Assembly (NCBI GenBank): GCA_016839785.1
Contig: JAEOTQ010000056.1
Coordinates: 1-21,449, forward strand
Reading direction: 5' to 3'
Origin: Candidatus Hodarchaeota archaeon
GTDB taxonomy: Archaea > Asgardarchaeota > Heimdallarchaeia > Hodarchaeales > Hodarchaeaceae
Length of the DNA stretch: 21,449 nucleotides
Shown: one piece after another, positions 8,090 to 16,770 of the stretch
Numbering within the stretch: the stretch's first letter is position 1
Layout of the letters: every line of letters starts with the position of its first letter
The notes under the pieces: generated by a model
Told to the model about the DNA's origin: nothing
The model's database searches: none
Seen by the model: the letters and a program-made list of their open reading frames with translations, nothing else
Program-made: the position numbers and the translations under genes

Positions 8090-9544
8090 ATGACAAAAAT
8101 TACAAATTCAATTTCTACTGACTTCTTGCATAGAGAAAAATGGATAATACTTGGTATCGGTTCTCTTTTCCTTACGTACATTATTCTAATCTTACTAGTG
8201 CATGATGACTCTGCACTCCGACTGCAGGTCATATTAAATGGCCTAGTACTTAGTACAATATACTCGGTTATCGCATTAGGGTTTTCTTTAATTTACGGGA
8301 TCGCAAAGCAATTAAAACTCTCTCTCGGGGGATATTATGTTCTTGCTGCTTATATAATGTTTTTCTTTATTGAAGTTAAAAAAATCAATACTTCTTTCGA
8401 TAATCTTGGGAATATTGATGGGCTGGTAATCTTTCTTATGGGCTTAATTCCTTTTTTTCTAATAATCATGTTCGCAATCATTTTTTGGAATATATTCAAC
8501 AAGCATGAGTTTTTTTATTTTTCATTTGCAGGAATTCTTACTATTACTGGCTATATCCTAGTCCTTTTTATTAAGAAGCTCGTAAATGAAGGAGAAATTA
8601 CGGAAGGGTTGTTTCGAGCTTTTATATCAGAACTCTTGACATGGGGTTTAAAGGATAGTCTTTACGCAGGGACAATAATTTTTATTTTAATTTTAACTGC
8701 ATGGTATTTAGAATTCTCGATCCAAAGAATATATATACTTTCGTATATTCTCGGGATTTTAATACCTATCTTTTTCTTTTTAAATCTACCAGTAGGATAT
8801 TTGTCATTAATGATACTTGCAGTAAGCCTTACATCTTTCGTGGCGATGTTATCAGATCGCTATTTATTAGAAAAAGTCCGAAAAAGTCATATAAATGTCA
8901 TGATTATGACTTTCTCCCTTGCTTTATTTCTTCAAAGTATTATCAATCTAATTTATTTTCCAAGTGGAGGAACCGAATTAGTAAGCTTTGGTGACCTTAA
9001 AATTGGAATTTCTTTTCCCCCCATTGTACCCACTACGAAAAGTCTTCGAATTTACGGAGCTATCATAATGGAGGTGAAAGTTATTGCATTTTTCTTTGTA
9101 ATTTTTGCAGTTATTTTATTGTACTTATTTATTTGGAAAACTAAAATTGGGATGGCTCTAAGAGCCGTTTCTCAAGACGAAGAGGCTGCCGCTTTAACTG
9201 GAATTGATATAAGAAAAACCACTGCTATCGTGAGCGCTATAGGAATGGGATTAATAGCTTTTGCAGCAGTGTTAACATCACCTTTTAGTGCAAAACCCCA
9301 ATGGAGCCCCGGGATGGGGTGGTGGATTCTTATTATGGCGATTGCTATTGTAACTCTTGGAGGATTGGGTAGTCTTCCAGGAAGTATCATTTCTGCGTTC
9401 ATAATTGGATTTGCTGAGGTAATTGTAAGCAGTATTCCAGATATTTCAGCATTTGCATCAGCTATTCCACTTATAATTGTGCTTATTGTAATGATTATAA
9501 AACCGGAGGGGTTAATGGGAGAGAAAAAGGAGTTAGAGGCGTGA
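8090..9544 (+). CDS. livH: LivH-like ABC permease with a large membrane insertion
   Basis: ILNGLVLSTIYSVIALGFSLIYGI, WKTKIGMALRAVSQDEEAAALTGID, VTLGGLGSLPG, KPEGLMG. ATG 8090 follows AGGAG; the track start is TTG 8057. Confidence 0.9.
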   Translation: MTKITNSISTDFLHREKWIILGIGSLFLTYIILILLVHDDSALRLQVILNGLVLSTIYSVIALGFSLIYGIAKQLKLSLGGYYVLAAYIMFFFIEVKKINTSFDNLGNIDGLVIFLMGLIPFFLIIMFAIIFWNIFNKHEFFYFSFAGILTITGYILVLFIKKLVNEGEITEGLFRAFISELLTWGLKDSLYAGTIIFILILTAWYLEFSIQRIYILSYILGILIPIFFFLNLPVGYLSLMILAVSLTSFVAMLSDRYLLEKVRKSHINVMIMTFSLALFLQSIINLIYFPSGGTELVSFGDLKIGISFPPIVPTTKSLRIYGAIIMEVKVIAFFFVIFAVILLYLFIWKTKIGMALRAVSQDEEAAALTGIDIRKTTAIVSAIGMGLIAFAAVLTSPFSAKPQWSPGMGWWILIMAIAIVTLGGLGSLPGSIISAFIIGFAEVIVSSIPDISAFASAIPLIIVLIVMIIKPEGLMGEKKELEA

Positions 9545-11340
9545 AGATTATGGATAGAAAACAGATTGCGGAAAAATTTGAAGATGTTTGGGATGAGATA
9601 CGTTCGCGATCTTATTACATTGTTGGTGTTCTTCTCCTTGTTTTTTTTCCTTTTCTTTTAGTTACTCCTGGCTCCATATTGTCAGAACCATTTTCGATAT
9701 TAAATTCGTTTTATAGTGGAGGTTCCATCCCAATTTTGAGTGATCTTTTTAATCTGGGACAGGAAATCGGATTATTCGGTAAAAATGCATATCTTCTGAA
9801 TATTATCGCCTTATGCTTAATATGGGCAATATTTGCTGCTTCTTGGGATTTTCTCTCTGGGTATACAGGACAAGTTAGTTTTGGGCACGCGATTTTCTGG
9901 GGGTTTTCAGCGTATGTCACATTTTGGGTAGCCACTGGTGTCCCTATTGGTATAACATTTGATCCATTAGATCCAATTGTACTTGGGATCCCTATCTTAG
10001 ATGAAATCTTAGGTTCTTTAATTTTCTTAATTAATGCATTCATTGATTTTATTTTTATAATTACGAATGAAATTTTAGTTTTCATTTTCGGATCAAATTT
10101 TATGAGACCTCCTCTCGCAGCTTTAGTTGTTGGAGCATTTACCTCTGCAATATTTGCTGTAGGAATTGGATTTATTGCGTTACGAGTAAAAGGCCCATAT
10201 CTTGCATTGGTAACATTATTACTCCCTCTGATAGCCTCTCAGATTGTAGTTATCATGACTGACCTGTTTGGGCCCAAATATGGAATTCCATTCATCAGTG
10301 GACCTTTTGTTGTTGAAAGGATTTCACCATTTGATCTCCCACCTGATCTTATGGGTCGTGCTAGTGAAATAAATGAATTGAATTTCTTCATATTTGTCCT
10401 TGTCATCTTCTTTATTTCTGTATTTTTAATGATGTTAGTTGCTTACTCACGTATTGGACTTGCGTTTCAGTCAATTCGTGAAGATGAGGATGCTGCTGAG
10501 TCTTTAGGAATAAATGTCAGATTTTATAAAATCCTGGCTTTTGCTGGAAGTGCGTTTTTTGCAGGTCTCGCAGGAGGATTGTTCAGTCAATATCTAAGAT
10601 TTACAGGTCCATCCTTTTTTGCTTCCTCCTTTTCATTTAGCATAATAATCATGTGCGTTATAGGTGGTATTGGGTCCATTTCAGGAGGCGTGGTTGGAGC
10701 ATTTGTATTAACAATCCTCCTCGAGCTATTTCTTAAAGATATCTTTCATGGAGTTCAAAGTTTAGACCTTCTTGGTTATGGAATTCTTCTAATAGTCACC
10801 TTACGCTACATGCCATTTGGATTAGCAAGGGCATCGAAAGATCAGAAAAAAGCGTGCATAGTAGGAGTTCTTTTTGCGATTAGTTGGACGATTATTCCAA
10901 TTGGTGAGGGATGGGGAACTAACATAATTGCATCTCTCAGTTCCTCCCTCCCACTTGGCACTGACGTTCTGAGTAATATTCTATCAGTATCTTTTGAGAC
11001 GTTAACGAGTTATATGGGAAAAGTCGATTATATGGGCCAAATAACTTCTTCACTATCAGATGGGGATATTTTGATGACCTTGTCCTTTGTACTTATCTTC
11101 ACCTTTGGTCTAATAGCATCTGTTGTATTCTTTTTTGCAGAAATCATTGGTCTATTCTTCATGGGAGATATTCTCGGGTTAAGTAGATCATGGACCTATG
11201 AGGATCTTATTAAGGCTAAGTTCTTGATCTATGTCGCTGTTGGTATACCTTTCGCATTTTATCTCCCCAAGGCTTTTAAAAAGGTTAGGTTGCGATTTTG
11301 GGGTGTTTGGCCTTCAGCTGGACGTTACGAACCTGATTAG
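9541..11340 (+). CDS. livM: LivM-like ABC permease with internal insertion and long C-terminal membrane extension
   Basis: SWDFLSGYTGQVSFGHAIFWG, ALRVKGPYLALVTL, SRIGLAFQSIREDEDAAESLGIN, VIGGIGSISG, YMPFGL. GTGA overlap with the livH stop. Confidence 0.9.
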   Translation: MKIMDRKQIAEKFEDVWDEIRSRSYYIVGVLLLVFFPFLLVTPGSILSEPFSILNSFYSGGSIPILSDLFNLGQEIGLFGKNAYLLNIIALCLIWAIFAASWDFLSGYTGQVSFGHAIFWGFSAYVTFWVATGVPIGITFDPLDPIVLGIPILDEILGSLIFLINAFIDFIFIITNEILVFIFGSNFMRPPLAALVVGAFTSAIFAVGIGFIALRVKGPYLALVTLLLPLIASQIVVIMTDLFGPKYGIPFISGPFVVERISPFDLPPDLMGRASEINELNFFIFVLVIFFISVFLMMLVAYSRIGLAFQSIREDEDAAESLGINVRFYKILAFAGSAFFAGLAGGLFSQYLRFTGPSFFASSFSFSIIIMCVIGGIGSISGGVVGAFVLTILLELFLKDIFHGVQSLDLLGYGILLIVTLRYMPFGLARASKDQKKACIVGVLFAISWTIIPIGEGWGTNIIASLSSSLPLGTDVLSNILSVSFETLTSYMGKVDYMGQITSSLSDGDILMTLSFVLIFTFGLIASVVFFFAEIIGLFFMGDILGLSRSWTYEDLIKAKFLIYVAVGIPFAFYLPKAFKKVRLRFWGVWPSAGRYEPD

Positions 11341-11354
11341 AGGTGAATACTAAA

Positions 11355-12134
11355 ATGACAATAGATACAATATCTGAATCAACACAAACATCAAAGCATG
11401 TTATCCTAAAAGTTAGCAGTTTAAGTAAGCATTTTAAGGGATTAAAAGCTGTTAATAATGTAAATTTGTCAGTTAAATCTGGTGAGTTGATTGGAATCAT
11501 TGGTCCTAATGGAGCAGGTAAAACTACGTTTTTTAATCTCATTTCTGGTTTTCTAAAACCTGAAAAAGGATCAAAGATAATGTTCAATGGAGACAATATT
11601 GTTGGTAAACGCCCTCATAAGTTAGCTAAACTAGGAATTGCAAGGACATTCCAGCTAGTGCGTCCATTTAAGTTTCTAAATGCTTTGGAGAATACTACTG
11701 TTCCCCATATTCCTAAGAATACATATGTTTCCTCATCTGTTCTTAAGAATAAGGCAACTTGGTCATTGATCGAAGTAGATTTAGCAGAAAAAAAGAATTA
11801 TCCTGCTTTTATTCTGCCTCATGGTGATTTAAAAAGACTTGATTTTGCTCGATCATTAGCGGTTCAACCACAATTATTGTTATTAGATGAGCCATTTTCT
11901 GGTTTGAGTCATGAAGAGGCTTTTCGTGTTGAGCGACTAATTCGTGAATCGAATAACAAAGGAATGACAATAATTATCGTGGAACATAAACTTAAAATAC
12001 TAATGCGCCTTGTACAAAGAGTATTTGTACTTCATGAAGGCCGATTAATTGGTGAAGGATCTCCCCAAGAAATTTCCAATAATCAGGAAGTCATTTCTGC
12101 TTATTTAGGTAGTGAGGCTAAAGAATATGTTTGA
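11355..12134 (+). CDS. livG: LivG-like ABC ATPase
   Basis: GPNGAGKTT, GIARTFQ, LPHG signature variant, LLLLDEP, IVEH, VISAYLG. SD GAGGTGA at 11340-11346 favours ATG 11355 over GTG 11343. Confidence 0.93.
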   Translation: MTIDTISESTQTSKHVILKVSSLSKHFKGLKAVNNVNLSVKSGELIGIIGPNGAGKTTFFNLISGFLKPEKGSKIMFNGDNIVGKRPHKLAKLGIARTFQLVRPFKFLNALENTTVPHIPKNTYVSSSVLKNKATWSLIEVDLAEKKNYPAFILPHGDLKRLDFARSLAVQPQLLLLDEPFSGLSHEEAFRVERLIRESNNKGMTIIIVEHKLKILMRLVQRVFVLHEGRLIGEGSPQEISNNQEVISAYLGSEAKEYV

Positions 12135-12900
12135 TAAAGCTTCTTCCTTCCTTCTTGAATTAGATAGCGTAAGCGTTCACTATGGTCGCGCTATTGTACT
12201 CGCATCTGTATCTCTCACAGTCAAAAAAGGAGAATTAGTAGCAATAATAGGTCCTAATGGCACAGGAAAATCTACCCTGCTTCGTGCCGTTTCAGGATTA
12301 GTTGAACTTGAACGGGGTAAGATATTCTTTGAAGAAAAACTTATTGCTGAATCTACTAAATCTCAGTTTCGTGTTATGGAGAAAAATCTTTCGCTTAAAC
12401 CTCATAACATTGTCGAACTTGGTATTATCCATTGTCCAGAACGTAGAAGATTATTCACAGATTCAACTGTCGAAGATAACTTGAAATTGGGAGCTTACGC
12501 GATAGAGAGTAAAGATGAAATAGAAAAACTTTACGAACAGGTATTAAGATTATTTCCAGTCCTCGAAGAACGTCTAGAAGAAAAAGCAGGGAATTTTTCT
12601 GGAGGAGAACAACAAATGATTGCAATTGGACGTTCTCTCATGGGGAATCCAAAACTCTTGTTATTGGATGAGCCTAGCTTGGGATTAGCTCCCATGATTA
12701 AACTAAATATCGTTGCAGCTATAAGAGAAATCCAAAAAAGTGGAACTACCATTCTTCTTGTAGAACAGGACGCAAGTATCGCCCTTGAGATTTGTGACCG
12801 AGGCTATTTGTTGGAAGACGGCAGATTAGAACTTGAAGGTTCAAGTGAGGAATTGCTGAATAATCCTCATGTAAAAGAATCCTACCTTGGAATTACATGA
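12127..12900 (+). CDS. livF: LivF-like ABC ATPase
   Basis: GPNGTGKST, HCPERRRLF, FSGGEQQM, LLLLDEPSLGLAP, LLVEQ, VKESYLG. ATG 12127 overlaps the livG stop; the track start is 12112. Confidence 0.93.
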   Translation: MFDKASSFLLELDSVSVHYGRAIVLASVSLTVKKGELVAIIGPNGTGKSTLLRAVSGLVELERGKIFFEEKLIAESTKSQFRVMEKNLSLKPHNIVELGIIHCPERRRLFTDSTVEDNLKLGAYAIESKDEIEKLYEQVLRLFPVLEERLEEKAGNFSGGEQQMIAIGRSLMGNPKLLLLDEPSLGLAPMIKLNIVAAIREIQKSGTTILLVEQDASIALEICDRGYLLEDGRLELEGSSEELLNNPHVKESYLGIT

Positions 12901-12926
12901 GTATAAAAACCTGATGGGCTATTCCT

Positions 12927-13910
12927 ATGGCTAGAACATCGTCTCACTCACTTTCTCGTTATGGTAACCTTCTAGCTCCACATGTTCTATTGATACGGCC
13001 CCCAAAAAAAAACATTCTGACCTCAAATTCTCTCCTATTCTTTGATGAGAAAACACTTATCATAGATACAGGTTCCCAACGCCAGTATGGTCATTTAAAA
13101 GCGTTAAGCAAAATTGTAGATATAGATAATATTTTTTTTTCACACTATCACATTGATCATATAGTTGGATCTCACATTTTACCAAATACGAAGAAATATA
13201 TTCACGAGTTAGAAAAGACCGCATTACATTCATTGGAGAACTATTTTCTTTACTGTTATCAAAATCGAAATATTCTACAAGAGTTAAAGGGAAAATGGTT
13301 TCAAAGACTAATGTTCTTTCTGAAACGAGAGGGATTATCCACTTGGGAAAGATTAAATTTAGGGAATGTACAATCGGTACAAAATGGCGTAAAAATTAAC
13401 ATAGGAGTGACTGAACTTCAGGTGATTCACCTCCCAGGACATTCTCCAGGACATTGTGGAGTATATGACCCATTAAGCCACATTTTATTCATTGGAGATA
13501 TGGAAATCTCGAGTAATTTCGGGCCATGGTACGGTTGGCCAAATTCTGATCTCTCTGCTTTCAGGAAATCCGTGAGTGCTGTGATTGAGTTCATACAAAA
13601 GCATGATATTTCCCTAATTGTCTCAAGTCATTCCCGAGAAGTAACTAAGGTGGAGGGCTTAATCCTCCTGTATCGTTTTACCAATTTCTTTGATTCTCGA
13701 AGTCAGCAAATTTTCGATTATATTTCATGTCATAAGAATGGAGTCACACTTAAGCAAATTGCTGACCAATCATTCATCTATAAAGGAAAAGAAAGTAACC
13801 CATCGTTTGTATGGGAGTTCTTTGAGTTAATACATGTCGAACAGCATATCAAGGAATTATTGAATCATAATCAAATACAAATGGAAGGAAATTTAGCAAG
13901 AAAAATATGA
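12927..13910 (+). CDS. Metallo-beta-lactamase-fold hydrolase with probable C-terminal winged-helix
   Basis: LIIDTG, SHYHIDH (HxHxDH), LPGHSPGH, LFIGD, SSH. The C-terminal TLKQIA...HIKEL...QI segment is wHTH-like. Confidence 0.88.
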   Translation: MARTSSHSLSRYGNLLAPHVLLIRPPKKNILTSNSLLFFDEKTLIIDTGSQRQYGHLKALSKIVDIDNIFFSHYHIDHIVGSHILPNTKKYIHELEKTALHSLENYFLYCYQNRNILQELKGKWFQRLMFFLKREGLSTWERLNLGNVQSVQNGVKINIGVTELQVIHLPGHSPGHCGVYDPLSHILFIGDMEISSNFGPWYGWPNSDLSAFRKSVSAVIEFIQKHDISLIVSSHSREVTKVEGLILLYRFTNFFDSRSQQIFDYISCHKNGVTLKQIADQSFIYKGKESNPSFVWEFFELIHVEQHIKELLNHNQIQMEGNLARKI

Positions 13911-14008
13911 ATTATTGTCTTCTATGGAACAGTAAAGAAATTTTAAACTTAAAATCTATATAGTTCATAAAAATGAGTTTCGTAGTTGAAGGATGCTAGG
14001 TGCTTTAA

Positions 14009-15184
14009 ATGAGAGAAGTGAAAAATATAGTAGTGGTCGGTGTAGGACAAATGGGACAAGGTATTGCCCAAATTTGTCTGATGGCTGGCTACAATGTGAT
14101 TCTAAATGATGTTCAGGATATAATCATCGAGAATGCAGCTAATTACATTAAGATTGGGCTTAAGAAGCTTGAAGAAAAAGGACATTTTCAGAACGGATTA
14201 ACTACAGAAGACATTTTGAAAAGATTGGACACTACAACCAACTTAATTGATGCTGTAACTAATGCAGATTATATTATTGAGGCAATAGTTGAAAAATTGG
14301 ATATTAAACAAAATATCTGCGGAATAGCTCTTGACAATTCTCCTGATCATTGTGTTTTTGCATCAAATACGTCCAGTATTCGAATCACAGATATCGCAAG
14401 GAAGTGTAATAACCCAGCTAATGTAATTGGAATGCACTTTTTCAATCCTGCTCCATTAATGCGTTTGATAGAAATCATTGCGGGGGAACAAAGCTCAATA
14501 GAGGCAATGAATATTGGGGTCGAAGTTGGTGTAAGATTACCATGCTTGAGAGGGGAACGTTACGTTCCACGAGTATTGAAGGATCGGCCTGGGTTTATTG
14601 TCAACCGTGTATTAGCTCCTGAACGCATTTATTCTGATTATGTTTATGACATCGCCCATGAACAGGGTATTCCATGGCAAGAAGTGGATGCGGATATAAC
14701 AGGTCCGAATGAGCCAATGAGTAGATTAGTTTTAGCAGATTTTATAGGTCGAGATGTCTCATTTCATACTGCAGAATACTATTGTAAAGCTCTCTCACCT
14801 GATTTTGCACCTGGCCAATTTGTAAGGAAGCAGATTGCTAATGGAAACCTAGGCAAAAAGACAGGACAGGGCTTTTATGATTGGACAAAAGGTCGTCCAA
14901 AACCAGACTTATCCAAAAAAGCGGGGATTGTGAATCCCATGGTTTATACCGCGATTCGGGCAAATGAAGGATGTCGGGTGTTAGAAGAAGGCGTGTGTCA
15001 TAGCTGGAAAGTGATTGATGAGGCCATTCTTGCAGGAATGAACTTTCCTGGTCCAATGCGAGCAGCAACAGAAAACTACCAGCAATTAGCTGAACTTCTT
15101 GAAGAGTATTCAAAAAAACTCAAAAAACCGTACCTTAAACCTGTTGAGCTTCTAAAAACAGGAAATTTCGTAAAAATGGTTTAA
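14009..15184 (+). CDS. 3-hydroxyacyl-CoA dehydrogenase (NAD-binding plus duplicated C-terminal domain)
   Basis: VVGVGQMGQGIA, IEAIVEKLDIK, ASNTSS, GMHFFNPAPLMRLIE, PGFIVNR, LGKKTGQGFYDW, second helical domain ANEGCRVLEEGV. Confidence 0.95.
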   Translation: MREVKNIVVVGVGQMGQGIAQICLMAGYNVILNDVQDIIIENAANYIKIGLKKLEEKGHFQNGLTTEDILKRLDTTTNLIDAVTNADYIIEAIVEKLDIKQNICGIALDNSPDHCVFASNTSSIRITDIARKCNNPANVIGMHFFNPAPLMRLIEIIAGEQSSIEAMNIGVEVGVRLPCLRGERYVPRVLKDRPGFIVNRVLAPERIYSDYVYDIAHEQGIPWQEVDADITGPNEPMSRLVLADFIGRDVSFHTAEYYCKALSPDFAPGQFVRKQIANGNLGKKTGQGFYDWTKGRPKPDLSKKAGIVNPMVYTAIRANEGCRVLEEGVCHSWKVIDEAILAGMNFPGPMRAATENYQQLAELLEEYSKKLKKPYLKPVELLKTGNFVKMV

Positions 15185-15191
15185 ACCAATG

Positions 15192-15222
15192 GAAAAATGA
15201 CAGAAAATGATGTCATTCTTTT
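15192..15222. terminator. Hairpin between convergent HAD and ACAD genes
   Basis: AATGACA-gaaaatga-TGTCATT (15196-15217) with A-rich left and T-rich right flanks, starting just after the HAD stop. Confidence 0.4.
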
Positions 15223-15361
15223 AAAAGAGCAGTAGGGGGTAAATTTATTACTAAAAGACTCGAAAACTTCCTTAACTTTCTCAGACATATTTTAGAATAG
15301 TCACATTCCCCATGAAAGAAATCAAGTAGAGAACAATAAAATCAAGAATTCCTTGAAAGAT

Positions 15362-16557
15362 TCATTCTCCTGGGCTATAAGGAGTTAACTTACACCTAAG
15401 TTCCGGTTTTTTTCGATACCCAAGTATAAAAGAACCCTGAATTAGTTTTTGGATTTCATTTGTGCCTTCTAAGATTGTATTCGCTCTTGAATTCCTCCAA
15501 TACCGTTCTAATGGGAAATCACCACTAAAACCCATTGCTCCATGAATTTGAATTGCCCTGTTTGCCGCATCTGAAGCATAATTCGTTGCTTGCCATTCCA
15601 GTTTCTCGTGTATTATCAATTCCTTGGTTCTTTAACCATCCTGCTTTAAGTACTAGAAGCTGCGATTGATCATATCCCGCTTGCATATAGGCAAGATGTT
15701 CTTGGATCAATTGGAATTTCCCAATTTCTTGACCAAAGGCTTTTCTCTCATGGCAATATTTTATCGATGCTTCAAGACTAGCTCTAATGGATCCAACAGC
15801 TCAGCAGCTACTGTATAACGACCGTTATCCAGTGTTGTCATAGCAATCTTGAATCCTTCTGTTTCTCTCCCAAGTAGATTCGTTTCTGGAACTCTAACGT
15901 TTTGTAAACTTATTTCACCTGTATCACCAGTTCTAACTCCTAGTTTATTATGGAAAGAACTAGTTGTGATACCTGAAAGTTCTTTATCTACAATAAAACA
16001 AGCAATACCTTTAACACCTTTTTCTTTTCCCAATCGTGCAAATATCAGAAAGCTATCGGCAACTTCTACAAGACTAATCCATTGTTTTGTACCATTCAGA
16101 ATATATTCATCACCTTCATGAATTGCGCGTGTTTGAATATTTGCTACATCAGAACCACACCCTGGCTCCGTTAGACCAAAAGCGCCAATTTTTTCCCCTG
16201 AGCTTGAGGGATCAAGTAATTTTTTTTCTGCTCCTCTGATGCCCACCGCCATAATGTACAACTACTTAAGGCTGTATGGACAGACATAATAACTCTTAAA
16301 GAGGTATCTATTCGTTCCAATTCTTCACATACAAGAGCCAGAGCTATATAATCGAAACCAGCTCCCCCATATTTTTCAGGTATGCAAACACCGAGGATAC
16401 CCAGCTCTCCCATTTTAGGAAGAACTTCAGGATAAAGACTTTTTTGCTCTTTATCGTACTCATTAACTTTGGGTGCTATATCACGCTCAACATAGTCTTT
16501 AACGCTGTCTCGTAGCATTAGATGTTCTTCGGAAAGTTTAAAATCAAATATTTTCAT
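15362..16557 (-). pseudogene. Acyl-CoA dehydrogenase interrupted by three frameshifts
   Basis: Four consecutive track ORFs join into one ACAD: LSEEHLMLRDSV..., GAFGLTEPGCGSD, LNGTKQWIS, KLGVR, LDNGR, ERKAFGQEIGKFQLIQ, AIQIHGAMGF, ERYWRNSR, ILEGTNEIQ. Breaks lie at about 16189-16198, 15802 and 15588-15599. Confidence 0.9.
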
Positions 16558-16770
16558 TCAACCTGCTAAATAGTCCAATATCTTAGCTTTTACCTAGCAT
16601 TCTAATAGTAATGAGTATCATTTGATGATCAGTGATTAATTGAATTGCGATTAGAACTAAAAGATTGTAATATTGGAATATTTTTAGAATTTGCGTATAA
16701 AGGAAGAGGAGAAGAATTCAAAAATACCAAACTTGAAGCAAGAAAAGAAATGTGAAAGATAAGATCGGTT

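Noticed and set aside
16189-16198. Programmed -1 ribosomal frameshift at GGGGAAAAAA in ACAD
   Set aside because: The run is not a canonical in-frame X XXY YYZ heptamer, and two more frameshifts follow, so recoding here would not restore the protein.
13993-16600. Shared 9-mer ATGCTAGGT upstream of HAD1 (13993-14001, +) and ACAD (16592-16600, -)
   Set aside because: It is non-palindromic, sits at different distances from the starts and overlaps an SD-like AGGT. Two copies are not enough to call a regulatory motif.
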